DNA of 63,452 bases, filler included, from Octopus bimaculoides (lineage: Eukaryota): assembly GCF_001194135.2 (NCBI RefSeq). It is 4 parts of 4 records of this genome, joined end to end, with 100 filler letters (N's around TTAATTAATTAA, not from the genome) between each part and the next. Parts side by side here need not be neighbours in the genome. Positions count along the whole stretch, not along the records: positions 1 to 29,557 come from NC_068999.1; 3 more parts are not named here. The stretch is one strand, 5' to 3'. Of the stretch, positions 13,181 to 26,692 are shown piece after piece (the first letter of the stretch is position 1; each line of letters starts with the position of its first letter). The notes under the pieces are model-generated. The model was not told the origin of the DNA. It did no database searches and was given only the letters and a program-made list of their open reading frames with translations. The position numbers and the translations under genes are program-made.

Positions 13181-14604
13181 GATACTTGTATGTAGTACAG
13201 CTTTTAAAAGGCAGATAGACTATGCACCAGGGATCAGATACCATATTTGTGTATCTATGTAGTTTCCTGTTTCTGTTTTTAAATCGGTGCCATATTTAAT
13301 ATAATTTTGTTCAATATTCTCCTTGCTAGACTATGAAGCTATGTTTGAATTGGTTCAGTGATTGTGTATGGTGTAATTGATGCTTGCAATATATGAGACA
13401 TGAGCATCAAGCATTACTCAAAGCCACAAAGTATGGGATGGAAGCTGAATGCGTACACATGCACACACACACCCACACACACACGATTAAAAGTACGTCA
13501 GGCATGATTATTCACTGTTTTTGTATATCCAGCACTATATTATGTAAGGTTTTTCCATTTTTAAGACATTGTGAAGGAGATTCGGCTGCTATTTTTAGCA
13601 GATTGTGACAATGTAAAAAAAAAAAAACTCTTTCATTGGCCCAATTCTCCATTGTTGATGTTATTTCACCTCTACTGATAAAAAAAAGAAATCCTCCACC
13701 ACCACATTCTAAGGTAATAATTTCAGGAACCAAATTTCCCTAAATCCACCAACAAAATGATTTTTTGGTGCTAAATTCTTCTTTCTCCAATTTTATTTAT
13801 GTTTTGTTTTGTTTATATATATTTTTTAATTCTTCATTTTCTGTTTCATCCTTCTTTTCGTCCCACTGTGACCCCATGGCTATTTGCCCACAGTCAAACA
13901 CCAAACAATGTCCACATGATTCCCACCCTATGCCCCAAAATGTATTATTACCAAATATACTGATTTCACTCCCTCCTTATTTTTATTTATTTATATTAAA
14001 TAATATTCTACAATTTATATTAGTTTTGAATTTTGTGCCATATTTTAAACCTCTTTTTCTTTTTTTTCTTCTTCTTAATACATTCTTCTAATCCCACTTA
14101 AAGTTAACTTTGCCATTCGTCCTTCTGGGTCAACTGAAACCAACTCACCCCTGCCAAACCATCCCTAATCCCACCACCCATCTTCATTCCCAAAATATCT
14201 GGCCCTGTTCCTCTCCGTCAGAAATGATCTCTTCACTTTCTAGAGTCTTTACTTTCACTTGTCAACAAAATAAGGGGCCAGTCAAACGCTGGAGTCGTTA
14301 TATCTCCAAACTCCTCTCCTCCCTCAAATTTATGGCTTTGTGCTACCTATCTTGTTTTTTGGGGGGGGAGTTTTATTATTATTATTATTGTTGTGACATA
14401 TTATGGTGCAAAGAACGGCAGGGGATAAACAGTCGATGAATCACCGTGAACTAGTTTGAATTTGCAGTTGACGTTAGTTCGTTTGTATTACAGATGACCC
14501 TAGTAATAATGAGATGCTCTGAGTGCTAAGTAAGTTTATTACTCTTGATAAATGTCATTGAGTTGGATGGGAGATGAAAGATGTTTTCCATAAGCTGTGT
14601 GTGT

Positions 14605-14652
<48 letters not shown>

Positions 14653-14700
14653 ATAGTAGAATAAGAAATAGAAAGTCCTTGTTAGAGTTTTATATATTTG

Positions 14701-14872
14701 AAAAAAAATAAATAGAAATGGCTTTTCTGATAATTTTTCTACTTCAATAATTAGATGTTTATAAATTATTCAGTGTTTATAACCATTTGAAAACACCTAA
14801 TTAATAATTTATAAACATTTAATTATTAAAGTGAAAACATTATCAGAAAAGCCATTTCTATTCATTTTTTTT
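14701..14872. repeat. Long AT-rich inverted repeat (~70-bp arms, ~32-nt loop); foldback/MITE-like
   Basis: The arm aatagaaatggcttttctgataat...atgtttataaattatt recurs in reverse complement at 14803-14872 with a few mismatches. Confidence 0.85.
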
Positions 14873-15253
14873 TTTCTTCTTTTCAAACAAATATATATAT
14901 ACGGTGGTGCACCAGCATGACCGCAGCCACTTGGCTGAAACACATAAATAAATAAATAAAAAAATACACACACACATACAATTATGTAACATCATGTATG
15001 TGTGTGTGGAGATACATTTGTGTGTATATGTATATATAACGTATGCACATCATCATACACGTTCATAGACAAAGATGTGTGCATAATACTTAATTTAGTT
15101 GTTGTATAAAAATAAGAACCAAACTAACAAGAATCATACTGTTTTCAAACTCTGATTAAACTACCAATTTTTCCATCATTTTGAGGAAGGTGAGGATAAT
15201 CCTAATAATGTTTATTCTAATCCACCCACTCACTCACTCTCTCTCACTCTCTC

Positions 15254-15321
<68 letters not shown>

Positions 15322-16442
15322 TTGGAATTTTGTATGGTGCTTTTATAGTTTTGCTTAGGTACGTCTCCCCATATCTAACATCTGAAACATTACTGGAGTT
15401 GTAGAAAGAAAAATTTTATTCCAAAGAAAATCTGCTCCTTTTTTTCTGCCATCACGCCTCCCCCATGTAGAAAGGGCAGAGGGAACATAAATACAGCTGT
15501 CTTTGTAGAGAGATCAGTTATGTTAGCTACTTGGTCTATGCTTATAAATAAAATTATTTATTCTACAATAACTGAGACAGCCATCAAAGCAAATTATTTC
15601 AACCATATTTTCTCTAGATTACTTCTATATTCACTAATTGTCCACTTTCTTCTTGCCTTTCTTTTTTGTTCTTTTTTTTTTTTTTGCAACGTTGATTGCA
15701 TAATATCAAATGCAATAATATTTGTTGTTTATTATTATTATTATTTTCATTTCATTAATTAAAGGGATACTCTTGCCTGTTGAAAATATATTTTTAAACC
15801 ATTTAAGGATTATCTCCCTTAGATTCTAATTGTCAGTTTCTTCTTGAACTTCTGGAGGATGACCTCAATCAGTCTTATAGTTTGCTCGCTGCAATAACAT
15901 GCCATCACAATGGGTACTGGAACTTTATTATCATCATAGTTACTCTGATGTTAATCTTCAATGGGGGCGGGGTCATGTATTGAGAGTGTGAAATGAGATT
16001 AATCTCTCACTAACCTCTCATTTTAACCTGCTGTAAAATTTTGGATTATAGTGTTTGGAAATATCCCAGTTCAACAGATGGCATCCCAAATATAAATGGA
16101 TGATTCCAAATCATCAAACTTATTTAAAGACCAATATATTCTAAGTAGAGAAGTTTTATCTTTTAAGATGTTTCTGAGACTGTTACATCTTATAAGATCC
16201 AGTTATTTGTGACTCTATTCCAAGCAAGAGGAATGAGTCATATGGTTGTAAAGACTCTTGTTCTTATTCTTGTTGTTTATTTAGCCCATGACTAAGCAGA
16301 CATAATCTGGGACTATATTGTCCAGTATACCTTTTAAGATAGAGTAATTTGAGGGATGTCTGGTTGCTAATTCTAGCAGGGTAACAAATTCATGTTGAGT
16401 CTCCTTTAGCTTGTATCAATTTACTGTGTGTAACAAACATAC

Positions 16443-16830
16443 ACGAGGGTGCATGGCCTAGTGGTTAGAGTGTTGCACTCATGATCGCAAGATCGTGGTT
16501 TCAATTCCTGGACCAGATGGTGCATTGTGTTCTTGAACAAAACCCTTCATTTCACATTGCTCTGCAATCGCTTTGACATCTGACTTGTGGCACACCATGC
16601 TTCGATACAGATAATGTTGATTTGGTGGAGGGCATGAGCTCATGTGCAGCACACACATTTGATCACTATAAACAAGTCACCTGTGCAGGTTGTCCAGCAA
16701 GGCATTGTGGAATCCTCTTTCTCAGGCTCGAGGCTCTGCCCACCACTAACATGCAGCAGCTGTGTCTCAGGAAATATTATTTGTTCAGACAAAAGTCTAA
16801 TTTCACAGTTGGTTGTAATATCAGCAAGTA
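16443..16830 (+). mobile_element. tRNA-derived SINE (third family) with A and B boxes
   Basis: The head gcatggcctagtggttagagtgttgcactcatgatcgcaagatcgtggtttcaattcc is followed by the gtgttcttgaacaa domain. A minus-strand copy is at ~49060-49310. Confidence 0.7.
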
Positions 16831-17324
16831 ATCAATCCAGATTAGTGGATTATTGGAATTTAGAGGGTCAAGGGAAGATGCTTTGCGATATCTATCCTAG
16901 CCCTGTGCATTCTGACAGTGACATTTCTAATGACACTTGTGCCAAGCTGTATTGATTCATGTTAGCAGCGTTTCTTTAGATAAGCATAAACATTGTTGGC
17001 ATGGGAGAGAGGAGACTTGAATGCATGGGCAACAGAAAAGTATTATTCTGGCTTGTGTAGGTCTATGGTAAGTTATAACTGAAAGAGACCTTAAATATAT
17101 ATTCCAACTGTTGCAATTCTTTGGGAATAATGTTACATGGCAAAGTTTTCTATCAATACAACATAGTATGTGAAAACCGAAACTTGCTCTATATATATGA
17201 TTGGTTTTACTGCACAAGAAAGAACAGAAAAAAAGTAAAAAAAGGAGCATAAGAGAATAATGGCACAATAACCAGACTAGAACAGCAGACATCTAAACAT
17301 CTTTCAATATTTACCACATCTAAA

Positions 17325-17530
17325 GCAGTGGACTTGCAGAATCATTAGCATGCCAGGCAAAATGCTTAATGACATTTCTTTACATTCTGAGTTCAAGTTC
17401 TGCCAAAGTTGTCTCTTTCTTTCATCCTTTTGGGGTTGATGAAATAAGTACCAGTTTAACACTGGGGTCAAGGTAATTGACTTACCCCTCTCCTAAAATT
17501 GCTGGCCTTGTGCCAAAATTTGAAATCAAT
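17325..17530 (+). mobile_element. MetaSINE-like copy
   Basis: Same modules as the other copies. Confidence 0.8.
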
Positions 17531-17864
17531 ATTTACATCTGGCATGATCAGAGTGACATCCATGATGTATAGTCCTTCTAGCGATGTTCTGAGAACATAC
17601 TTTTTTGTTTTATTCCACTGTTTTGAGCCAATGAAGAAGCCTTATGTAGGAGCTAAATCTCTCTAAAATATACTACCATCTCAAAAAAGAAAATTGAATA
17701 CATTGGTTAATATAGTCTTTGACAGAATCATAAATTAGATGAGAATGGTGATGGATGCCTGTAATCAAAAGTCCACTTATTCGCAGTTGACTTTGAACCA
17801 AGAACATATTTTGATATATTTTCTACTTTCTTTAAGTTTTTGTAATTATCTTCAATTTTTTTAC

Positions 17865-18195
17865 TTGTTTTAGTCGTTAGATTGTGGCTATGCTGGGGCA
17901 CCACCTTGAAGGGTTTAGTCAAACAAACTGCCCCCAGTATTTAGTTTTAAAGTCTGTTACTTATTCTATTAGTCACTTATGCCAAACTGCTAATCGACAT
18001 CAGTTGTCAAACAGTGTGGGAGGCACAAAGACACACACACACAAACACATATATGTGATGGGCTTCCATTTGGCTTCTGTCTGTCAAATACACTCACAAG
18101 GCATTGATTAGCCCACAGTTATGGTACCATGCAGTGGGACGGAACCCGAAACCACATGGTTGCAAAGCAAGCTTCTTAATCACAGTTATGCCTGT
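17865..18195 (-). mobile_element. CORE-like tRNA SINE
   Basis: Aligns with 32441-32885 (gctggggcaccaccttgaaggg ... gcagtgggac..aaccacatggttgcaaagcaagcttctt). Confidence 0.75.
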
Positions 18196-19204
18196 GAAAG
18201 ATTTATTGAATATTCAAAAAGTGAGATTACCCTTATGATTGTAGATGTGAACAAATCTAACTTGATCTGCTGTTTGCCTTAATCAGCTGAGTCTCTCTCT
18301 CACTCTCTCTCTCTCTCTTTTAGTCATTTACTCAAAGGAAATGCAGTCCCTGTGCTGGCCACAGAATTATTCTTTAATATAGAAGTCAGCTGAAATATTC
18401 AACATGGTGTTATCTGCCCTAACTTCCTGCTATGTAACTAATAAGCTCTGTCACCCTTCCACTGTGTCAGCATTGAGCCTCCACTGTTAATTTGCCAATA
18501 TCAACTCCACTGCAAACTAAGCTATCTTACAAAATAAATCATACAGATTAAGGAATTTGTCTAGAATTTATCTCCTTTGTTTACTGATGTAACATTATCA
18601 TTGTAGCAATAATTTCACAATTCTACAAACCGTAACACCCTTGAAGATGATTCAAGATGAGTGTTAGGGAGTGGGTATTATTTTTTAGTCGTAAAACAAT
18701 GAAAGTTGTGTCTCAGTTTCATTGTCAGCTTAATGTTACTTGAGTGCAGAAGGGAGATAACTATCGCGTTTTTTTCTCCTTTAAATCAAAAGGGAAGACT
18801 GCCCATAACTATTTACAGAGCCTCCAAGACTCTTGAGTGCAAGACCCAAATGCTTGTACTTACAACTGAGTGGACTCAACTAAAGGCACCAGTTAAACCA
18901 GGTGACTCATTCAGTCTATCACTCATTGCAATATAGCTCAAGGGTCTGTAAACAACAAGAGGTTTAATTTTTTTTTTTTTTTTTTTTTGATTTGTGCCAA
19001 CTCTCAAAACCTCTGTTTTGATAATTTCTTGTCTTGTTCTTCGGACTATATTTCTCTAATAACGGTCATAGGTCCCTGTGATTACATTACAATATGTAAA
19101 CACAGGAAGTAATTTATACAAGGCTTCAAGTCATATCTCAGAAAATTCTGCTCCAATCCCCTTGGATTAAGGGCCATCAGATTAATAATGTTACTGGGTC
19201 AATC

Positions 19205-21160
19205 AGTGCAGCAAGCTGGCAGAGTTGTCTGCACGCTGGACAAAATGCTTAGTGGCATTTCGTCCATCTTAACATTCTGAGTTCAAATTCCACCAAGTTC
19301 AACTTTGCCTTTCATCCTTTCGGGGTTGATAAAATAAGTTCCAGCTGAACTCTAGGGTTGATGTCATCGACTTAAACCCTCCCCTGAGATTGCTGGCCTT
19401 GTGCCAAAATTTGATATCATTATTGGACGATTGACAGAATTGTTAGAACATGGTGGGGGAAACATGCTTTGCAATATTTATTCTGCCTTTTTTATGTTCT
19501 GTGTTCAAATCCTGCTGAAGTCAACTTCCACCTTTCATCCTATCAATGATGATAAAACAAAGTACTAAGGGTCAATAATATCAGCTGTATCTTTCCCTTC
19601 AAAATGACCGGCCTTGTACTTAAATTAGAAACCATTATTATTATACTGGGGGTAGTGGTGGTGGTTTGGCCGAAGCAGGAAACTGTTGAAAAAATTTCTT
19701 GCAGTTTTTGTTGTAGATCTTTACATTCTGAGTTCAAATCCCACCTTTTCATCTTTTTGGGGGATCAGTAAATGATAGTACCAGTCAAGTACTGGAGTCA
19801 ATGTAATTTACTTAACTCCTTTCTTCTGAAATATTGCTGGCCTTGTGCCTAAATTAGAAACAGTTATTGTACAATATTCATGAATAAATGTTGTATCTCC
19901 ATTTACCGTGATAACAATTTTGTGGGGGCTTGAATGTATCCCAACCAACAGTAACAACTATAATAATAACTTTCTAATTTTGACACAAGGCCAGCAATCT
20001 TGATGGGAATGGTTTGAGCGATTACATCAATTCCAGTACTTGACTGGTGCTTTATATGATTGAGCTCAAAAGGTTGAAAGCTAATTTGAATAATAATAAT
20101 AATAGTAATAATGCTCTTGTTTATAGTTTTAGTTGGGGTGAAAAGTGAGTTGGATGTTTAAATCAATACGTTGTGTTGAATTCAGCTGAGAAGCATAGGG
20201 AGACAGATGAGTTCACCCATGAATGCACATGTGTAAGACAGTGAATGGTCGAATAACCATCACCATCGTTAGCTGATAATTCTTGCCATAAAAACATCAT
20301 TTCCTCACAGTTACAATGTGGTGAATTTGAATTTGAAACTTCTTTCATTTTTGTCAAGATAGCTCTACTCTATATCGTATTATCATATTGAGGTCTGCTC
20401 TTCTTGGAGGCAAAAAATTTAGTACCAGTCAAGTACTGGCAGTGAGGGAGAGGGGGGGGACTGACTTGCCCTTCTCATCCTACAAAAGTTGGGCCTTGTG
20501 CCTATGTTAGCAACAATTATTAGAATAGTGAATTACCAGAATCATTAGAGTATTACGCAAAATTTCTTGTGGTATTTTGTTGCAGTTCTTTACATTCTGA
20601 GTTCAAGTCCTGCTTGGATTAGCTTTGCCTTTCACTCTTTTTTGGGGTTGATAAAATAAAGTACCAGTCAAGTACTGGGGGTCGATGGTATCAACTTCCA
20701 CCCTTCCCTCAGAATTACTGGCTCCATGCTTAAATTAGAAACCATTGTTGTTATTGAGGTGGCAAGCTGACAGAATCATTTGCACTCCAAACAATTCTTC
20801 AGGCTTTATGTTCAAATTCCACTGAGGTCAGCTTTGCCCTTGATCCTTTCAGGGATCAGTAAAATATCAGTACCAATCAAGCACTGGGACGGATGTAATT
20901 GACAAGCCTCCCCCGTCTCCAAAAAACAATGTCAGGCCTTGTGCCTATAGTAGAAAGTATTATAATTATTGTTATTATTTGAATTGCAAAATCAGTGAGC
21001 TGCAGACAAACTATCTTGTATTTTATTGCGTCTCTTTCCATTTAAAGTTCAAATCTCACCAAGGCCAAATTTGCCTTTCGTCCTTTCAGGGGTCGTTGAA
21101 ATAAAGTACCAGTCTTATTAATTGGGTCAATTTAATCAGCTGTATCCCTCCCCCAAAATT
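19205..21160 (+). mobile_element. Array of ~8 full or partial head-to-tail MetaSINE-like copies
   Basis: Successive head, Meta and tail modules, usually joined through (att)n. A non-SINE stretch lies at ~20100-20400. Confidence 0.8.
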
Positions 21161-22225
21161 TGTGGAGATGATGTTGTTCTTGTTACTGTTGCATATAAGT
21201 GTGGTTAATTGTTGGTGGTGTCCAATGAATTCACTTTGTGGTGGAAGATAAACTTGTTGGAGTTCCAATTGAAACATAATTATCGTTTTATGCCTATCTG
21301 TGTGGATATGATTTTTTTTAGTTGATGTTAAGTGAAGACAGTTTAATGTATGTGTAATATATACATATATATAGTATGTGTGTAAGTATAATATATATAT
21401 ATGCGCATGTATATAATGTATGTATGTATGTGCATATGTAATAATACATATATGTATGTGTATGTATGATATATACATATATGTTTATATACATNNNNNN
21501 NNNNTATGTATGATATATACATATATGTTTATATACATGTATGTATGGTATATACATGTATATATGTTTATATACACGTATGTATGGTATATACATGTAT
21601 ATATGTTTATATACACGTATGTATGTGTGTGAGAGAGAGAAGTGGATGGGGAGATATATGCTTCAGTGATCTAAATTTTCTTTCACAGTGTCATGGAATC
21701 AAGTAACTGACAGTGGTCAGTCTTGTGTGTTTGAGAGAGAGAGAGAGTTGCAATAACCAGTGTGTAGAACGTTTAGAAAATTGCAAAACACCAGTATACT
21801 GACTTTTTCCTTTTACTTACTCTACACCTTGTCCCTCTACCAAAATCTTTTCATGAATTCTGCTCTGTGCTTTTTGTGTTTCAGATCATACACACATACA
21901 TTTATGTACTAATCCATCTCTATAAATGTGTATGTATATATAATTATTTTTTTGGAACAGTGAATCTTGAAGCTGTTGAAGTTATGAATACAATAGCATG
22001 TAAGTATTGGGGTTAAGAAAATCCATTGAATAGAAAAAAAGTCAAATGTTATGAATATTTTTTAACCCAATATTAATGTGGTATTATTTATAACTTTGTC
22101 TGCTTCAAGATTCACCATTCCAAAAAAGAATTATTTCATATTCTCAAAGTTTCTAAATTCTTATGTCAGCAGTATACATACATACAGGTATGTGTGTGTG
22201 TATATATACATATACATATACATAT

Positions 22226-22257
<32 letters not shown>

Positions 22258-22260
<3 letters not shown>

Positions 22261-22377
22261 ATTTAGCAGAAGTGACAGAATGACTCAAGCTCCAAGAGTT
22301 TACTACATTGGCTCTTGTAAGTGCCAACGCACGAAACTCTCGAACCTTGCATCACTCTGTCACTTCTCCTAAATATT
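22258..22377. repeat. 120-nt inverted repeat (~44-bp arms); MITE-like hairpin
   Basis: Left arm aatatttagcagaagtgacagaatgactcaagctccaagagttt versus reverse-complemented right arm aatatttaggagaagtgacagagtgatgcaaggttcgagagttt. Confidence 0.85.
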
Positions 22378-22437
22378 AATAAAAATATACATATACTCAT
22401 ATTTTGAGCTCTGTTTTTTCCTGTTTGCATCACCATA

Positions 22438-22474
<37 letters not shown>

Positions 22475-24294
22475 NNNNNNNNNNNNNNNNNNNNNNNNNN
22501 NNNNNNNNNNNNNNNNNNNNNNNNNNNNNNNNNNNNNNNNNNNNNNNNNNNNNNNNNNNNNNNNNNNNNNNNNNNNNNNNNNNNNNNNNNNNNNNNNNNN
22601 NNNNNNNNNNNNNNNNNNNNNNNNNNNNNNNNNNNNNNNNNNNNNNNNNNNNNNNNNNNNNNNNNNNNNNNNNNNNNNNNNNNNNNNNNNNNNNNNNNNN
22701 NNNNNNNNNNNNNNNNNNNNNNNNNNNNNNNNNNNNNNNNNNNNNNNNNNNNNNNNNNNNNNNNNNNNNNNNNNNNNNNNNNNNNNNNNNNNNNNNNNNN
22801 NNNNNNNNNNNNNNNNNNNNNNNNNNNNNNNNNNNNNNNNNNNNNNNNNNNNNNNNNNNNNNNNNNNNNNNNNNNNNNNNNNNNNNNNNNNNNNNNNNNN
22901 NNNNNNNNNNNNNNNNNNNNNNNNNNNNNNNNNNNNNNNNNNNNNNNNNNNNNNNNNNNNNNNNNNNNNNNNNNNNNNNNNNNNNNNNNNNNNNNNNNNN
23001 NNNNNNNNNNNNNNNNNNNNNNNNNNNNNNNNNNNNNNNNNNNNNNNNNNNNNNNNNNNNNNNNNNNNNNNNNNNNNNNNNNNNNNNNNNNNNNNNNNNN
23101 NNNNNNNNNNNNNNNNNNNNNNNNNNNNNNNNNNNNNNNNNNNNNNNNNNNNNNNNNNNNNNNNNNNNNNNNNNNNNNNNNNNNNNNNNNNNNNNNNNNN
23201 NNNNNNNNNNNNNNNNNNNNNNNNNNNNNNNNNNNNNNNNNNNNNNNNNNNNNNNNNNNNNNNNNNNNNNNNNNNNNNNNNNNNNNNNNNNNNNNNNNNN
23301 NNNNNNNNNNNNNNNNNNNNNNNNNNNNNNNGCTGGCCCTGTGCCTAAATTAGAAATAGTTATACATCATTTTTTAGTTTTTTTGAATTTTTTTTTGTTT
23401 TTTTTTGCTTTTTATAACTTCTTTAGTTTGGAAACATCAGCATCATTTAAAGAGAAAACGGTCAGAGTCACTGTGGGATTTGCTTTTTTTAATTTTTTTT
23501 TTTTTTTTTGAAACAAACAAAAAAAAATTTTCAAAAAATACAAAAAAGTGTATCTGAAACTTCTCTGATATTTGTGAAAAAAAAAAAATTTTAGAAAAAA
23601 AAATTAACCAATAAGACATTTTTACAAATGTGATTTTGACAATATGCCCACCCACCCTCTTTGGATGGTTTGGGTATGTAAAGTATTGCTGCCATTTGAT
23701 ACAGACAGTGTTTGAAATAAATAAATATATATATACACATATATATGTATCATCATCATCGTTAAACGACGTTGATGATACGTATATATGTGTATATATA
23801 TCTATATATATGTAATGTATTTAATCCAAGGCTAGAATTAGATGCTGCATGTGTGTGTGTTTGTGTGTGTGTCACGTGTGTGTGTGCATGTCTATGCAGT
23901 ATTAATTGCCAGTGTGTTAACAAAGAGTGTGATTGCTCAGTTATAATTATTATTATTATTATCATTATTATCAATAATTGATGTATTCATGGTTGTTTTC
24001 ACTTTAAATTCCTTTCAAAATCTGCTGTCACAACCTTCTAAGAAGCATCATGCCAAGATGGAGCATTTTTAACATTTGGGGTTTTTTTTTTGCTAGAAAA
24101 TGGATATTTGAATTTTTTTTTTCTATCTTATTCTTCCTATTTGTTCTAGAATACCAGACTAGTTGCATGTTTACATTATTGGCACCTAACATCACTTTGG
24201 TGTCCTTGTTCTTTGATGACTTGTTTTTTGTTGTTACTATTTGTTTTTGTGCGTGTTTATGTATGTATGTTTTGTATGTGCATATTATTATTAC

Positions 24295-24357
<63 letters not shown>

Positions 24358-24830
24358 CAAGGTGGCAAGCTGGCTGAATTGTTAGTGCGCCGGGCAAAAT
24401 GCTGAGCAGCATTTCATCTCTTTCTACATTCTGAGTTCAAATTCCACCAAGGTCGACTTAGCCTTTCATCCTTTCTGGGTTGCTAAAATAAGTACCAGCT
24501 TAACACTGGGGTTGATGTAATCAACTTACCCCCTCCCCCAAACCTGCTGGCTGTGTGCCAAGATTTGAAACCATAATTATTATTATTATTATTATTATTA
24601 TTAAGGCAGCGAGCTGGCAAAGTCATTAGCACTCTGGACAAAATGCGTAGTGGTATTTCACCCATCGCTACATTCTGAGTTGAAGTGCTGCCGAGGTCGA
24701 CTTTGCCTTTTCTTCCTTTTGGGGTTGATAAATTAAGTACCAGTGAGTCACTGGGGTCGATGTAATCGACTAGTCCCCTCCCACCAAATTTCAGGCTTTG
24801 TGCCTATAGTAGAAAGGATTATTATTATTA
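24358..24830 (+). mobile_element. Two tandem MetaSINE-like copies, each preceded by (att)n
   Basis: Full modules are present. The second copy keeps several CpGs and is probably younger. Confidence 0.85.
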
Positions 24831-24964
24831 GCTGAGGTTTCATTCCGTTGCTTTTCTGATTCCCCAACTCACCTTGTCTATCAAGGCGCCTCAAGGTATG
24901 TGATAGGAGCCCGCTTGGAGCAGCAGCTGAATGAGATTTCAGCTTCAAATAAATGAACCAACTC

Positions 24965-25008
<44 letters not shown>

Positions 25009-25649
25009 GTATATGTGTGTATGTGGAGTACTTTTTTCTTTTTTTTTTCCTTTGTACAGCCAAACACATGCATGTATGTGTACACACTTTCGTATAGACA
25101 TATATCTCACACACGCCGTTTTTTTTTGTTTTAACCACTTGTTGTTGTTGTTGTTGTTAAGGAGAGCTGAATTCTGTAGTCTATATTCTTAGAACAGTAA
25201 ATTACATTCAAGAATTCACTCCGTCCAATCCATCCAACCATGGAAAAATGGACGTAAAATGATGATGATTCATTGTGAATGGACATGAGATTCATTGCAA
25301 TGCAATCTGAAGACAAAGGCCAGTGTCTATTAGTGTCTGAGGTCCTCTTTGACTATGGGAGGCTTGATAGAGACACTTTGAGATAGTTGATGCACTGTCC
25401 CATTTGGAGTTTTGTTGGGCAGTGGTTGCAGGAGGAGGGAAACAGTTTGGAAGGATGTTGCCAGGGGAAGTGGTTTTGAGAGAGGAGAGGATTAGTGTAC
25501 TGGGTGAGGTAGACAAAGGTCACTTGGTGGGGAAGAGGAGAAGTTGATGTAACAGAAGAAATCCATAGTTTTCCAATTGTATTTCATAGTTTGTCTGACT
25601 TGCTAAAGAATAACTCGATTCTTAGGATATCACACATGCAGTGTATGAT

Positions 25650-25895
25650 ATAAAGAGGACATTGTATGACGATATGTAAGGTGATACATGGTCAAGGTAG
25701 CATAGTGCAGTGATACAAGGCTGAGGTGGTACTGTACAGAGATATCAAATATATATTGGGATACAAGTTTGAGGTAGTATGGTACAAGGATATCACATGG
25801 TAGTGTGGTACAAAGCTGAAGCAGTATACTACATAGATATCACGTAGTATGATACAAGGTCATGGTAGTATGGTGCAGAGATATCAGATATTGTC
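25650..25895. repeat. Degenerate ~45-bp minisatellite, about 4-5 units
   Basis: Unit approximately gatacaaggctgaggtagtatggtacagagatatcacatggtagtgtg. Confidence 0.7.
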
Positions 25896-26692
25896 AGTGG
25901 TTCATATCCTATGGGCTCTGTCAATGGCCTCTCCTTCACCGAGTTGCAAATGTGGGGAAAAGCAGTGGGAGCTCTATAAAATTGATGGGTGTTCCATAAT
26001 TTGCAGTGTGAGTTGAAAGTTGTCCTATAGGAATGGCATGGTGATTGAAGCTTGGGCTTACTTGCCTCGGGCACACTCTACATAAAGACAAAAAAGTCTT
26101 TTGTTGTGCTTTAGTTGTTTTAAGAAGTCCACCATAGCTAGCATTATATANNNNNNNNNNATATATATATGTATATATAAAATAACTTAGTGATGACTGA
26201 AAAACTCCATCATTAAAGAGTACCAAAGTAACAGTAGTGAATTCTTTAGAAAAGCAGTTTCACTGTCACTGTTGCTTGTAGATATATATCTCTTCTCATA
26301 CATTTCCCAATAATAATAATGTCTTTGTTCAGCATAAACATCACAACACCTACAACATTGATACCTTATAAATAACACAAGGTAACTCTGCTCCTTCAAC
26401 TTCTAATTCTTGTTACGGTATCTGAAGAAGCTAAAAGCTCAGTTCAGCTCAATTCAACCCAGCCATCTCTCAAATCAATATCCACCTTTAAAAAGAAAGC
26501 TAGGATATCATCTTCTCTCTCTCTCTCTTCCCCTCACTTATGTGGCTTAAACTCTGAACATGTCAACATTAAACTGGTTAATAGATCCTGTGGTTGCATA
26601 GTCTATGCAAACTTAGGTATTGCAACAATAGAAATTCCAGGGAGAAGTAATTCAGTTTACTTGTCGTTTTATATAAACTAAAGACGAACGCA

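Noticed and set aside
14430-14525. Box C/D snoRNA-like spacing (cgatga ... ctga)
   Set aside because: The C box is non-canonical, there is no terminal stem, and no rRNA/snRNA guide is recognisable.
15820-15990. Protein-like frames (FLLELLEDDLNQSY..., FARCNNMPSQWVLELYY...)
   Set aside because: No family is recognisable, there is no convincing donor, and several frames look equally plausible. Not reported as CDS.
16443-16525. tRNA-Met(CAT)-like sequence (loop CTCATGA)
   Set aside because: There is no proper acceptor stem or terminator, it continues into a SINE body, and a diverged copy lies at ~49.3 kb. It is a SINE head, not a tRNA gene. The same applies to the MetaSINE and CORE-SINE heads.
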